IMG/VR virus record: IMGVR_UViG_3300027769_000110
Location: 1 to 28,059 of that record
Source of the DNA: a virus
Taxonomy: Duplodnaviria; Caudoviricetes
DNA: 28,059 bases
Strand: one strand, 5' to 3'
Shown: piece after piece, positions 1-7,754 of the stretch
Layout: each line of letters opens with the position of its first letter
How positions within the stretch are numbered: position 1 is the stretch's first letter
Translations under genes and position numbers: made by a program
The notes under the pieces: generated by a model
What the model saw: the letters and a program-made list of their open reading frames with translations, nothing else
The model's database searches: none
What the model was told of the DNA's origin: nothing

Positions 1-351
1 TCCTAAATAGAAAATTCCAAAGCCTGCTCCTGGTGCACCATTTGTACCGTTTGTCCCATTTGTACCATCTGCACCTTTTGCTGCAATCAAATCAAACTTA
101 ACTGTATTGGTTGGAAGTGTTCCAGCAGTTGTTACTGACTTTGTATAATAAAGTTGTCCTTGATAAACTACGACATCTCCAACTGCATAAGCAGCAGCAG
201 AGTTATATGCACCTTGATATGACCATAGAGCAGGCGTTCCTGGCAAACCGTTTTGACCTGCTGGTCCTTGTGGACCTTGAGGGCCTACGGGTCCTTCGTC
301 TCCCTTGTCTCCAACTGCGCCTGGCATCGGAACAATCTTAATAACTGCCAT
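1..351 (-). CDS. Collagen-like (Gly-X-Y) fibre/tail protein with CBM5/12-like module, 5' part only (runs off window)
   Basis: Manual translation from ATG at 351: MAVIKIVPMPGAVGDKGDEGPVGPQGPQGPAGQNGLPG...WSYQGAYNSAAAYAVGDVVVYQGQLYY...GADGTNGTNGTNGAPG. TAATG overlap with the upstream gene. Absent from the ORF track because it is open-ended. Confidence 0.8.
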   Translation of the reverse strand, partial: MAVIKIVPMPGAVGDKGDEGPVGPQGPQGPAGQNGLPGTPALWSYQGAYNSAAAYAVGDVVVYQGQLYYTKSVTTAGTLPTNTVKFDLIAAKGADGTNGTNGTNGAPGAGFGIFYLG

Positions 352-746
352 TATAGTGTACCCCCTGGTGTGATGTCGCCTAATACTTGAATGGTTCCAA
401 TAACAGGAGTCCAAACAGTGTCTTCTATTAATTCTGGAATTGTTACCTGTAGATCAAATGGTAATTGAGCCACAACTGATGAGTATTTCAATCCCCAATT
501 TTTTGTAACCGATGGGTAGGCTGTAATATCGACAAATCCTACTCCAGGCTCACATTCGAGGGCATCCAAAACGTTACCAGATTGATCATAAGCAGTTGCT
601 CTAAAAGACCAGTCGGTAGTATCATAATAATCTATTTCATTATCCTCATAAAACTCTACACGTAGGGTTCCAGTATCTCCTCTAACAACGCTCCATTGCA
701 TAGTGACTGGATCGGCACCAAAAGCAAGAGAAGAGTGAATAGGCAT
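351..746 (-). CDS. Phage structural protein, BppU-N/baseplate-like Ig-type domain
   Basis: ORF 351..872; likely start ATG 746 (TATAAT 6 nt upstream). Pattern VVRGDT..L.V...YD.TDW...FDLQV...TPV.GTI.V..DIT; adjacent to the fibre gene. Confidence 0.55.
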   Translation of the reverse strand: MPIHSSLAFGADPVTMQWSVVRGDTGTLRVEFYEDNEIDYYDTTDWSFRATAYDQSGNVLDALECEPGVGFVDITAYPSVTKNWGLKYSSVVAQLPFDLQVTIPELIEDTVWTPVIGTIQVLGDITPGGTL

Positions 747-1013
747 ACTCAGATTATACCATAAATAAAGACTAATACCTTGATTGGTGGGTATAGGACA
801 AACCAAGGTATTAGCCAGTAATAAAAGTATACCATAATAGGACAATCTGGACATGATATTTAAAGTTATCAAATTGTTATAATAGACAATGTCCGTTTTG
901 TTACCATAAGTCTATTTTGACCATGTATGCGATAGTGTATACTAAATATATATAAAAGAAAAGAACTATCTTTATAGTTTTAAAAACTATCTTTATATAT
1001 AGTATATAGCAAA

Positions 1014-1283
1014 TTATTTATTATCAACTTTAGCAATATGCTCAATTAAAATTTTATACATTTCGTCAAGTTTCTTTTCTTGGCGATCTCTGGATCTTTC
1101 TGAATCTATTCTCTGTTCGTCAACAGCACTTTCTAATCTATTAATTTGATCTTTTACAGATGATCCGCCATTGGTTTTAAGTTCGTAAAGATAATGTTTG
1201 ACAAGCCACTTGATTGCGAAGGCGATTGATGATACAATTGTAAGAATGGCTACAATTAGGGAAGCCCAGTCTTGGATTGTCAT
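1014..1283 (-). CDS. Small membrane protein (N-terminal TM plus coiled coil), actinophage holin-associated type
   Basis: TM segment WASLIVAILTIVSSIAFAIKWLV followed by NGGSSVKDQINRLE, a motif typical of actinophage membrane proteins. Confidence 0.6.
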   Translation of the reverse strand: MTIQDWASLIVAILTIVSSIAFAIKWLVKHYLYELKTNGGSSVKDQINRLESAVDEQRIDSERSRDRQEKKLDEMYKILIEHIAKVDNK

Positions 1284-1315
1284 AGTAACATTATTATAAG
1301 GGGTATATTTAAAAA

Positions 1316-2086
1316 ATGAAAACAGACATACTCAACACACTGGAGTATTCTAAGAATCTTATTATATCTCCTGACATGGATGGTTTTATGACGGCAAAAT
1401 TATTAGAGCGTTTTAACGGTTCGCAAATAGTGGGGTCATACGACAAAAATATTTTATGTCTCGCCGAGAATATAGATCCGTCGGAATGTTTGTTCGTCGA
1501 CTGCGATATGAATCGACAAGAGTATGTATCTCTCGGCAATCATATGCGACTCTTAGAAGATAATATGTCCGTCGAGTCGTTTAATCCGAATGTTCACTTC
1601 GGCGTTTCGACATATAGCGACAAGTTTCCTTTCGCAACCGCTTTTTTGATAAGTTTCGCAACAGAGGTCGAAACCTCACCTGCAGACCTTATACGCATGG
1701 CATTTGCTGATTCAACATTACGCAATATGGAAAAATACAGCAACAACATGCGAAACTGGTCTGATAGGATGGATCATCCTGCAGTTCGGTACATAATAGA
1801 CAATTCGGACATTGCAAGAAAAGATGATGCACAAGCAAGGTTTGATTATGTTGATCAATCATTTACATCAAAACGTTATGGCAAGACACGTTACATAGAT
1901 ACCCTTAACAACGCCCTACAAGGCCAGGGGATGAAGTTTAAACCACTTACCAATGGTAAGAAGTACATATGCGACAAAGTTGGCATAGAAACCCTTATAA
2001 GGTATAATAGAGATATCATATCTTACGCAGAGATATTTACAGGAGAGTATTCTGTTACATACGACCAAGAAAAGGAATGGGCATGA
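1316..2086 (+). CDS. Divergent DHH-superfamily phosphoesterase-like protein
   Basis: 256 aa; LIISPDMDG (DxDG motif I), LFVDCD (motif II), LGNH in place of DHH. Confidence 0.5.
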   Translation: MKTDILNTLEYSKNLIISPDMDGFMTAKLLERFNGSQIVGSYDKNILCLAENIDPSECLFVDCDMNRQEYVSLGNHMRLLEDNMSVESFNPNVHFGVSTYSDKFPFATAFLISFATEVETSPADLIRMAFADSTLRNMEKYSNNMRNWSDRMDHPAVRYIIDNSDIARKDDAQARFDYVDQSFTSKRYGKTRYIDTLNNALQGQGMKFKPLTNGKKYICDKVGIETLIRYNRDIISYAEIFTGEYSVTYDQEKEWA

Positions 2087-2268
2087 AAAGACACGAAGTA
2101 ATTGAAATTATGATTGAGACAGTAAATACTTACAATAGAAATTTAATGGCGCAGTCAAATTTGAGCGAATTAGAAATCAAAAAAGGAATTGACGGACAGT
2201 ATCCAGCCTTGCAGCATATGATGGGTTTGATATATGACGATCTTGAGTCTCAAGGTGTTTTTAACTAA
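2083..2268 (+). CDS. Hypothetical protein
   Basis: ORF 2077..2268; ATGA overlap with the upstream stop gives start 2083. Confidence 0.55.
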   Translation: MKRHEVIEIMIETVNTYNRNLMAQSNLSELEIKKGIDGQYPALQHMMGLIYDDLESQGVFN

Positions 2269-2281
2269 AATTTGAAAATTT

Positions 2282-2452
2282 TTATACCATGTTACGGATG
2301 AATTGGGCTATATCGTGTGATGCGCCATGATAACTACCGTGAAATTTTTTCTCTACTTGGTCTGCAATAACAAACCTTAGTTTCTGCTCAATTTGAAATA
2401 GCAAAACCGCTTGTGCTTGTTCTGGAGTTAATTTTTGTTGATCGCTATCCAT
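2282..2452 (-). CDS. Hypothetical protein
   Basis: ORF 2282..2464; MDSDQQ start overlaps the end of the upstream gene. Confidence 0.55.
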   Translation of the reverse strand: MDSDQQKLTPEQAQAVLLFQIEQKLRFVIADQVEKKFHGSYHGASHDIAQFIRNMV

Positions 2453-2642
2453 TTTTACACTCACAATCTGTGCAGCATGTTTCTGAAAATAGTTTTACAG
2501 CAAGGTTAGGCTCTTCTTGCCAAAACTGATCTCTTCCCATGTTGTCTGTTACTGGGAAAGGACTTGATTCAAATTGTGGATTACTTGGCTCTGGTCTGAC
2601 TTCTAGGTCCCAGGAATTTTCTAGATTATCTAATATGCCCAT
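2445..2642 (-). CDS. Hypothetical protein with C-terminal Cys cluster (leaderless)
   Basis: TATAAT 6 nt upstream of the ATG; ends CCTDCECKNG. Confidence 0.6.
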   Translation of the reverse strand: MGILDNLENSWDLEVRPEPSNPQFESSPFPVTDNMGRDQFWQEEPNLAVKLFSETCCTDCECKNG

Positions 2643-2826
2643 AAGAATATTATACCCTATTCCGTCGAAATCTGAAAAATTTTGTAAAACCCAAATAGCC
2701 TAAAATCTGAATATTTTGTCCAGATGTATGATACATACTATACAGAAAATACACACAAAAAAATAGTGCGCCCATAATGATGATGATTTAACTACGATCT
2801 AAAACCTCAAACCCTAAACCCTAATG

Positions 2827-2869
2827 CTTTGGCACTAGTACCATGATTTACTTTGATACTAGTACCATG
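2827..2869. repeat. Tandem repeat CTTTGNNACTAGTACCATG x2, period 24
   Basis: 2827-2845 and 2851-2869. Confidence 0.7.
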
Positions 2870-2877
2870 CAAAACTT

Positions 2878-2976
2878 TTAGCATTTGCAAGGGTCTATGC
2901 GGGTCTCTTTCTCACTAAAAATGATGATACCTGTATCCCCGCAAAACTCGCAGGTGTGTGCGTATAGTGCATTCAC
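2878..2976 (-). CDS. 32-aa zinc-finger-like micro-protein
   Basis: GTG start overlaps the TAG of the upstream ORF; GAAAGAGG RBS; CEFC...CKC. Confidence 0.6.
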   Translation of the reverse strand: MNALYAHTCEFCGDTGIIIFSEKETRIDPCKC

Positions 2977-3137
2977 TATGCAACCTCTTTCTCTAATAGT
3001 ATTCCTAGAATTAACTCTAATTGTGGAGTAGTTAGTAATGCTTGGGCACAACCCCATGACCATGCTAAGTCCATGTCTCCATAGTGCTTCTTAGCAAGAG
3101 TGTTAATCTGTTGAGCAATCTCAAAATTAGTTTTCAT
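2976..3137 (-). CDS. 53-aa micro-protein (MKTNFEIAQQ...)
   Basis: Manual translation; TAATG coupling to the upstream gene. Confidence 0.6.
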   Translation of the reverse strand: MKTNFEIAQQINTLAKKHYGDMDLAWSWGCAQALLTTPQLELILGILLEKEVA

Positions 3138-3283
3138 TAGTTTTCTTCTTTCTCTAATAAGTATTGGTTATTTAATGGACGAGCATTGTTAGAGAACATA
3201 GCCTCTATCTTAGCCTTATCCTTTTCACGCTGGATAGCGTAGCGAGCCTGTTGCTCTGCTCTTATTCTTTCTAGTGTGCTCAT
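3137..3283 (-). CDS. 48-aa micro-protein (MSTLERIRAE...)
   Basis: Manual translation; GAAAGG RBS; ATGA coupling. Confidence 0.6.
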   Translation of the reverse strand: MSTLERIRAEQQARYAIQREKDKAKIEAMFSNNARPLNNQYLLEKEEN

Positions 3284-3375
3284 TTGTTAGCACCTTTCTT
3301 TAGTAGGGTTAGGGCTTGCGCTAGGCTTTCCTTGCGCTGGGCTTCTACATAAGCCTTGTATTCATCTAGTGTCAT
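3280..3375 (-). CDS. 31-aa micro-protein (MTLDEYKAYV...)
   Basis: GAAAGG RBS; downstream of the leftward promoter at 3413-3434. Confidence 0.6.
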   Translation of the reverse strand: MTLDEYKAYVEAQRKESLAQALTLLKKGANK

Positions 3376-3412
3376 TTATCTGACCTTTCTTTATTTAATC
3401 TCTATACCTAGT

Positions 3413-3434
3413 ATTCTAGCACCTACCACTGACA
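3413..3434 (-). promoter_or_regulatory. Leftward TGTCAG-N10-TAGAAT promoter
   Basis: Same fixed spacing as seven plus-strand copies. Confidence 0.65.
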
Positions 3435-3483
3435 AATTAGCCTGTTTCTCGGGCGTGTCGGGAAAGTATTTTTGTGACTTACA

Positions 3484-3600
3484 TCACCCTCCAAGGGTAA
3501 AGGCTAGGATAAGGGCTATCCCTAAGCCTATAAAGGCTCCAATAGGGGCATAGTCTGCGTTCTCGTCTAGCCAATCGATTAGTGCTGTAAATGGGTTCAT
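3484..3600 (-). CDS. 38-aa single-pass membrane micro-protein
   Basis: MNPFTALIDWLDENADYAPIGAFIGLGIALILAFTLGG; GAAAGG RBS; own promoter. Confidence 0.65.
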   Translation of the reverse strand: MNPFTALIDWLDENADYAPIGAFIGLGIALILAFTLGG

Positions 3601-3649
3601 GTTAGTGACCTTTCGTTTAGTAGTTAGATTTTAACTATCTAATACTGCA

Positions 3650-3689
3650 AGTGTAACATAGATACCGCCAAAAGTCAAGACGACACGCC
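3650..3689 (-). promoter_or_regulatory. Leftward sigma70/SigA-type promoter TTGACT-17-TACACT with upstream GGCGTGTCG
   Basis: Direct reading of the reverse strand. Confidence 0.7.
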
Positions 3690-3699
3690 GTATAGATAA

Positions 3700-3816
3700 T
3701 GTGATCCTCATCACACGGGCCGGCACGTTTTTGTCAAGCCGACACGCTGATAGAAATGGTCATTCTTATTTATGACCATACAAATGTGACCCTTATCACT
3801 TGTGATACACCTCACA
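3700..3816. promoter_or_regulatory. Three CRP/GlxR-type boxes TGTGA-N6-TCAC(A/T) in the divergent control region
   Basis: 3700-3715 perfect, 3785-3800 one mismatch, 3801-3816 perfect. Confidence 0.65.
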
Positions 3817-3850
3817 ATGTCCGTTTTGGTAGTATTTTCGACTTGCGATT

Positions 3851-3872
3851 TGTCAGACCCCCATGCTACACT
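3851..3872 (+). promoter_or_regulatory. TGTCAG-N10-TACACT promoter
   Basis: Precedes the GAAAGG RBS and ATG 3928. Confidence 0.65.
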
Positions 3873-3927
3873 TACAGTATAAAGAAAAACAAGGGTAAAG
3901 AAATCCCTTAAAGAAAGGTAGGTCAAA

Positions 3928-4104
3928 ATGACTACACTAAACACACTATGCAAGTGGCATGAGCCTCTTGTTTCCGCTATCTCCGAAATTGGAGATGAGC
4001 AATTTACACTATGCATGAATTGCGAAAATAACATTGAGCGTTACTACTACGATAGTGACCCTGAGCAGTTTCCTACATGGACAGATTGGTATGTATCTAA
4101 ATGA
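3928..4104 (+). CDS. 58-aa Cys/His micro-protein
   Basis: Manual translation MTTLNTLCKWHE...CMNC...; GAAAGG RBS. Confidence 0.65.
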   Translation: MTTLNTLCKWHEPLVSAISEIGDEQFTLCMNCENNIERYYYDSDPEQFPTWTDWYVSK

Positions 4105-4292
4105 ATAAAACTTTTGACACTATGCAATTTATAGATGAGCAAGGCTTATGCGCTATGGATAACATTTGCGCTTTTTGCATAACACTATTTGACGGGTGGA
4201 ATAGATTTTGCCCAGCGTGTAAAGACTACAAGGGCGTTATGGCTCTCCCTGATTTTATCAACACTTATGGAAAGGAAGGACTTAAAAGATGA
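4101..4292 (+). CDS. Zinc-ribbon micro-protein
   Basis: CAFC...CPAC; ATGA coupling. Confidence 0.65.
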   Translation: MNKTFDTMQFIDEQGLCAMDNICAFCITLFDGWNRFCPACKDYKGVMALPDFINTYGKEGLKR

Positions 4293-4453
4293 GTACCTTT
4301 GTTAATCTCCCCTCAGTTTGTGGGGCTACATCTGCAAGCGTAGATGTCTATGACCTAGACCTTAACCCTCATGGGGTTATCTGTTGCGATAACTGCAAGT
4401 CTATCGTGTTATGCCGTAAGGCGTGGGACTACCTATACAAGGAGGTTAAATAA
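4289..4453 (+). CDS. 54-aa Cys-rich micro-protein
   Basis: Manual translation MSTFVNLPSVCG...CCDNC; ATGA coupling; AAGGA RBS. Confidence 0.6.
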   Translation: MSTFVNLPSVCGATSASVDVYDLDLNPHGVICCDNCKSIVLCRKAWDYLYKEVK

Positions 4454-4602
4454 TGAATGTCTATGAGTTTAACGCTTTCATAAATGTAGAGGCTGAGTCC
4501 TATGATGAGGCTATTGATGTATTTCAATTCCAATTAAAGTATGGAATAAATAAAGATAATGTCTATGTCGCTGACATAAATGAATTGGAGATTGCAGAAT
4601 GA
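4453..4602 (+). CDS. 49-aa acidic micro-protein
   Basis: AAGGAGG RBS; TAATG coupling. Confidence 0.65.
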   Translation: MNVYEFNAFINVEAESYDEAIDVFQFQLKYGINKDNVYVADINELEIAE

Positions 4603-4688
4603 AAACACTTCAAGAGAAATTAGATTTGGTATCTAAAGAATTAGAACCAATACTTTGGGATTTACTAAATGAAATTGAGGAGAAATAA
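4599..4688 (+). CDS. 29-aa micro-protein
   Basis: GGAG RBS; ATGA coupling. Confidence 0.5.
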   Translation: MKTLQEKLDLVSKELEPILWDLLNEIEEK

Positions 4689-4765
4689 ATTGTTGGTAAT
4701 TTTAATTGCAATGACTTCATTTGCTTTTGTAATTTGGATGCATAACGGAGCATAAATAAAAAAGG

Positions 4766-4796
4766 ATCGCAGAAATAAAAACTCTGCGATTTTTTT
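4766..4796 (+). terminator. Intrinsic terminator
   Basis: ATCGCAGA/TCTGCGAT stem followed by a T run. Confidence 0.7.
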
Positions 4797-4812
4797 GCCG
4801 GCCCCCAAAAAG

Positions 4813-4836
4813 TTATCCACAGGCAGATGTGCATAA
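4813..4836. promoter_or_regulatory. DnaA box pair
   Basis: TTATCCACA 4813-4821 (perfect) and inverted TGTGCATAA 4828-4836 (one mismatch). Confidence 0.6.
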
Positions 4837-4876
4837 CTAATGTGTTTAAGGTCACACTTTTATTTCCCCTATTTAC

Positions 4877-4916
4877 GGCGTGTCGATTTGCTTTTTTGAC
4901 ATTTCTTTGCTATACT
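4877..4916 (+). promoter_or_regulatory. Promoter GGCGTGTCG-AT-TTGCTT-17-TATACT
   Basis: Direct reading; extended -10 TG present. Confidence 0.65.
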
Positions 4917-5067
4917 TCTAGTATAACAATTAAATAATGACTAATTAAGCAATGAGCCTTAGCAAATAAATGTGACGAGTATCACAGTGAGCCTAAGCAA
5001 ATAAGTGCCCAATTTGTCAGTGCCCCCTGTTATACTTACTTATACAAACAAACGAAAGGTAGTCAAA

Positions 5068-5265
5068 ATGACTTACACTATAACACTAGAAACCTTTTCA
5101 GGTTCTACAAAAAAAATCAACCTATCCTCTAAAGGTCAGGTTGCTCAATTTATCTCAACTTATCCAACACAATTACCTGTTGGCGTATCTGTCAAGGTTG
5201 CTTGCGACTCTCTCGGAATTAGTGGCACACTTCGTGGCACTCAAACACTTACTAACTCAAACTAA
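5068..5265 (+). CDS. Hypothetical protein
   Basis: ORF 5005..5265; start reassigned to ATG 5068 after the GAAAGG RBS and the promoter at 5015-5036. Confidence 0.7.
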   Translation: MTYTITLETFSGSTKKINLSSKGQVAQFISTYPTQLPVGVSVKVACDSLGISGTLRGTQTLTNSN

Positions 5266-5282
5266 GAATAGGAAAACTAACA

Positions 5283-5489
5283 ATGGTACAAATCGAACAC
5301 AATCTAAAGTTCATCACAGAATTTGACGAAACACATCCAATCGGAAAGCAAGCACTTTCTATTCCTCACTCAGATTTAATTGCTATGCTTGAGGGAATGC
5401 TAAAGGACCTTCTAGTTCCTGCACTAATTCCAGTAATTGAGGACATCAATAAAAATGGGTCCTATGCAATTCTAAAGGTGGCAGAATAA
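5283..5489 (+). CDS. Hypothetical protein
   Basis: ORF track; AGGA RBS. Confidence 0.65.
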   Translation: MVQIEHNLKFITEFDETHPIGKQALSIPHSDLIAMLEGMLKDLLVPALIPVIEDINKNGSYAILKVAE

Positions 5490-5672
5490 ATGATGACACG
5501 CAAAGACTATGTAGAAACTGCAAGCATTCTAAATAAGTTTGCAGACACAATCGACTCACACACTTTTCAAGATTTAGTTTTTGAATTTAGCGAATGGTTT
5601 AGTGCAGACAATCCAAGATTTGATGAAAATAGATTTTGGGATGCTTGCGTTAAAGAAATGGAGTTAGTGTAA
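5490..5672 (+). CDS. Conserved-looking phage protein (TRKDY...DNPRFD..RF..AC)
   Basis: Motif is common in small phage early proteins. Confidence 0.65.
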   Translation: MMTRKDYVETASILNKFADTIDSHTFQDLVFEFSEWFSADNPRFDENRFWDACVKEMELV

Positions 5673-6064
5673 TGAAAAAAGTAATAACAGTAATAACAGG
5701 AATATTTTTAGCCTTAACTTTATCTGCTTGCGGAGGAAGTTATTCAGCAATTGAAGAAATTAGCACAACTGTTGCAGATGTAACATTTGAAGGACAAGCA
5801 GAAAGAGCAGCAAAAAACTATTTGTCAATGATGCCTTTTTCAAGAAGTGGTCTTATTGAACAATTAGAATTTGAAGGCTATTCATCTTCAGAGTCTACAA
5901 TTGCTGTTGACTCTCTAAATATTGACTATAACGAACAAGCATATAGAGCAGCAAAAAATTATCTTCTAATGATGCCTTTTTCTTCTTTAGAATTAGTCGA
6001 ACAATTAGAATTTGAAGGATACACACAATCACAAGCAATAGCGGGAGTTAGCCGAATAGGTTAA
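5672..6064 (+). CDS. Ltp-family host-surface lipoprotein (superinfection exclusion-like)
   Basis: Signal peptide with lipobox LSAC; two repeats A.RAAKNYL.MMPFS...L.EQLEFEGY....A. Confidence 0.8.
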   Translation: MKKVITVITGIFLALTLSACGGSYSAIEEISTTVADVTFEGQAERAAKNYLSMMPFSRSGLIEQLEFEGYSSSESTIAVDSLNIDYNEQAYRAAKNYLLMMPFSSLELVEQLEFEGYTQSQAIAGVSRIG

Positions 6065-6072
6065 TAAAAAAT

Positions 6073-6096
6073 CCTGAGCAAGATCTAAAACTGCTC
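6073..6096 (+). repeat. 24-nt hairpin repeat, copy 1
   Basis: CCTGAGCAAG-ATCTA-AAACTGCTC. Confidence 0.9.
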
Positions 6097-6113
6097 AAAG
6101 ATTTGCCGGCCCG

Positions 6114-6171
6114 TTTTCCACAGGTCAGACCAAGTTATCCACAGGTCATTTAAGATGTGAGTTTTATCACA
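6114..6171. promoter_or_regulatory. Two DnaA boxes plus a perfect CRP-type box
   Basis: TTTTCCACA 6114-6122, TTATCCACA 6135-6143, TGTGA-GTTTTA-TCACA 6156-6171. Confidence 0.6.
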
Positions 6172-6324
6172 CCCACTGAGCGTCTCATTATTTAAGATTA
6201 CTCGCTAGTAGGTTGATAATTTATGACTAATAGGCTAGACTTACATAGTAAGAAAAAATAAACAAAGAAATTTGTCAGACCCTCATGGTAGGATAGATTT
6301 ATCAACAAACGAAAGGCAGACAAA

Positions 6325-6555
6325 ATGTCAGCACTAACTTATACAATAGATAGCCTACTAGTAGGAAAACAGTATCGCTCAAAGTCTCGTGGCATTGAGG
6401 GAGAAATTAAAGAGGCAACGCCTCATGATGCATGGTATGGAAATGAATTCCAAGCCTATCGAATTCTTGTTAGACCAACCTATACAGGAAATTCTATTTC
6501 ACTTAATCGTTGGAAAGATTTTTATGCGGTTGTCGCAGTAAAGGTAAAGGGGTAA
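6325..6555 (+). CDS. Small beta-barrel (SH3-like) hypothetical protein
   Basis: GAAAGG RBS; promoter at 6273-6294; VG..Y.SK..G..GEI pattern. Confidence 0.65.
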   Translation: MSALTYTIDSLLVGKQYRSKSRGIEGEIKEATPHDAWYGNEFQAYRILVRPTYTGNSISLNRWKDFYAVVAVKVKG

Positions 6556-6558
6556 TAA

Positions 6559-6735
6559 ATGAATAATTGGAATTGCCATGAATGCTATGATGAGGGTGTC
6601 CTCTTTTTTGGTAATGGTCACGAAGAATTTGACTCAGAATTTTGTGAGTGCGCTAAGGGCGTGTCGCTTGAAACTGAATACACCGAATGGTATGCTGAAA
6701 GTATCATGAACGAATTTTATAAGGAGAATGCATAA
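6559..6735 (+). CDS. 58-aa zinc-finger-like protein
   Basis: Manual translation MNNWNCHECYDEG...FCEC. Confidence 0.6.
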   Translation: MNNWNCHECYDEGVLFFGNGHEEFDSEFCECAKGVSLETEYTEWYAESIMNEFYKENA

Positions 6736-6953
6736 TGAACGAATACCTATACTCAGTAACAGTTACCTATGACTCAGCCCCTACGCCTAAATGGGTTGGT
6801 CGCTACTCAGATGCTTTATCTGCCGTGGAAGTTTATCAAAAGTTTATTGACCACGGATTTGCTAACGAATACGCAACAGTTAATCTTTCTGAACCTTCAG
6901 GCAAGATGCACACAAAAACTTTTTACAAAACAGGAATGGTGGTAACACGATAA
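6735..6953 (+). CDS. Hypothetical protein
   Basis: AAGGAG RBS; TAATG coupling. Confidence 0.7.
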   Translation: MNEYLYSVTVTYDSAPTPKWVGRYSDALSAVEVYQKFIDHGFANEYATVNLSEPSGKMHTKTFYKTGMVVTR

Positions 6954-7276
6954 TGGGAAGCAATTTTGCACAAGACTTAGCAGAAAACATTGACATAAGC
7001 CTTGAACAGGCTATCGGTTATCACTTACAAGGTAATCACTATCCACCAGTACCACTAAGCATGGTTAAGCCTTGCATTGAAGCGTTAGATGCGGCTCGTG
7101 AATTAGATGCAATGCGCCAGATTGAGATGCCTGAAGGCGTATTCTATAAAGGAAAGACCACTGCACCAGCATGGGCTATCATTGAGCAACACCACTTAGA
7201 TGCATGGTTGCCACAAGATGAAAATGAATACTATGGTGAAGATGCAGGCTACGAACTAGGGTTAGGATTAGAATAA
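6953..7276 (+). CDS. Hypothetical phage protein (HLQGNHYPPVP...IIEQHHL)
   Basis: ORF track; TAATG coupling. Confidence 0.7.
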   Translation: MGSNFAQDLAENIDISLEQAIGYHLQGNHYPPVPLSMVKPCIEALDAARELDAMRQIEMPEGVFYKGKTTAPAWAIIEQHHLDAWLPQDENEYYGEDAGYELGLGLE

Positions 7277-7515
7277 TGTCTGATACAATGGTAAACATGG
7301 AATTGATCCACGCAGATAACTTAACACCAGACCAAGTAATGCTTGGTGATTTAATTAAAATTGACAATGACATTGTTGAAGTAATTTTTATTGAATGTGA
7401 TTCAACAGGAGATAACTATGACATACAAACACAAAACGAATTTGGTGAAAAAGAATTTACTCAGTATGCTTATACTGATTTGATTCCATTGTATGTTTTT
7501 ATTCAAGAAGAATAG
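7276..7515 (+). CDS. Acidic hypothetical protein
   Basis: ORF track; TAATG coupling. Confidence 0.6.
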   Translation: MSDTMVNMELIHADNLTPDQVMLGDLIKIDNDIVEVIFIECDSTGDNYDIQTQNEFGEKEFTQYAYTDLIPLYVFIQEE

Positions 7516-7554
7516 TTAAAAGTATTTTTATGCACTTTCCCGCATAAAAATGCC

Positions 7555-7595
7555 GGCGTGTCGATTTGACATTTTTAACCCATTTATGCTAAGAT
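7555..7595 (+). promoter_or_regulatory. Promoter GGCGTGTCG-AT-TTGACA-18-TAAGAT (leaderless, ATG 7602)
   Basis: Direct reading. Confidence 0.7.
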
Positions 7596-7601
7596 TAGTT
7601 T

Positions 7602-7754
7602 ATGAAGAAAAATGCAGAGGAATTAAGACGCTTAATGGAATTGCGCCGTAGCAATGCAGCCTCTGCCGTACCAAATAAAAAGAAATACGATAGAAAAAAA
7701 TGTCAGTCCCTAATGGTAGAATTAAAGAAAGAAAGAGGGCCCCACTATGACTAA
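7602..7754 (+). CDS. 50-aa basic micro-protein with ELRRSNAA motif
   Basis: Manual translation MKKNAEELRRLMELRRSNAASAVPNKKKYDRKK...; the motif is recalled from small actinophage proteins. Confidence 0.65.
   Translation: MKKNAEELRRLMELRRSNAASAVPNKKKYDRKKCQSLMVELKKERGPHYD

Noticed and set aside
111-341. Plus-strand 76-aa ORF
   Set aside because: Shadow of the collagen-like gene on the minus strand.
3356-4034. ORFs 3356..3553 (+) and 3711..4034 (-)
   Set aside because: They cross regulatory motifs and oppose better-supported micro-ORFs that have RBS and coupling.
4060-4075. CCTGAGCAG as a seventh hairpin copy
   Set aside because: It lies inside a CDS and lacks the AAACTGCTC half.
6658-6675. 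GGCGTGTCG-C-TTGAAA as another motif promoter
   Set aside because: It is inside a CDS, the spacing differs and there is no clear -10.
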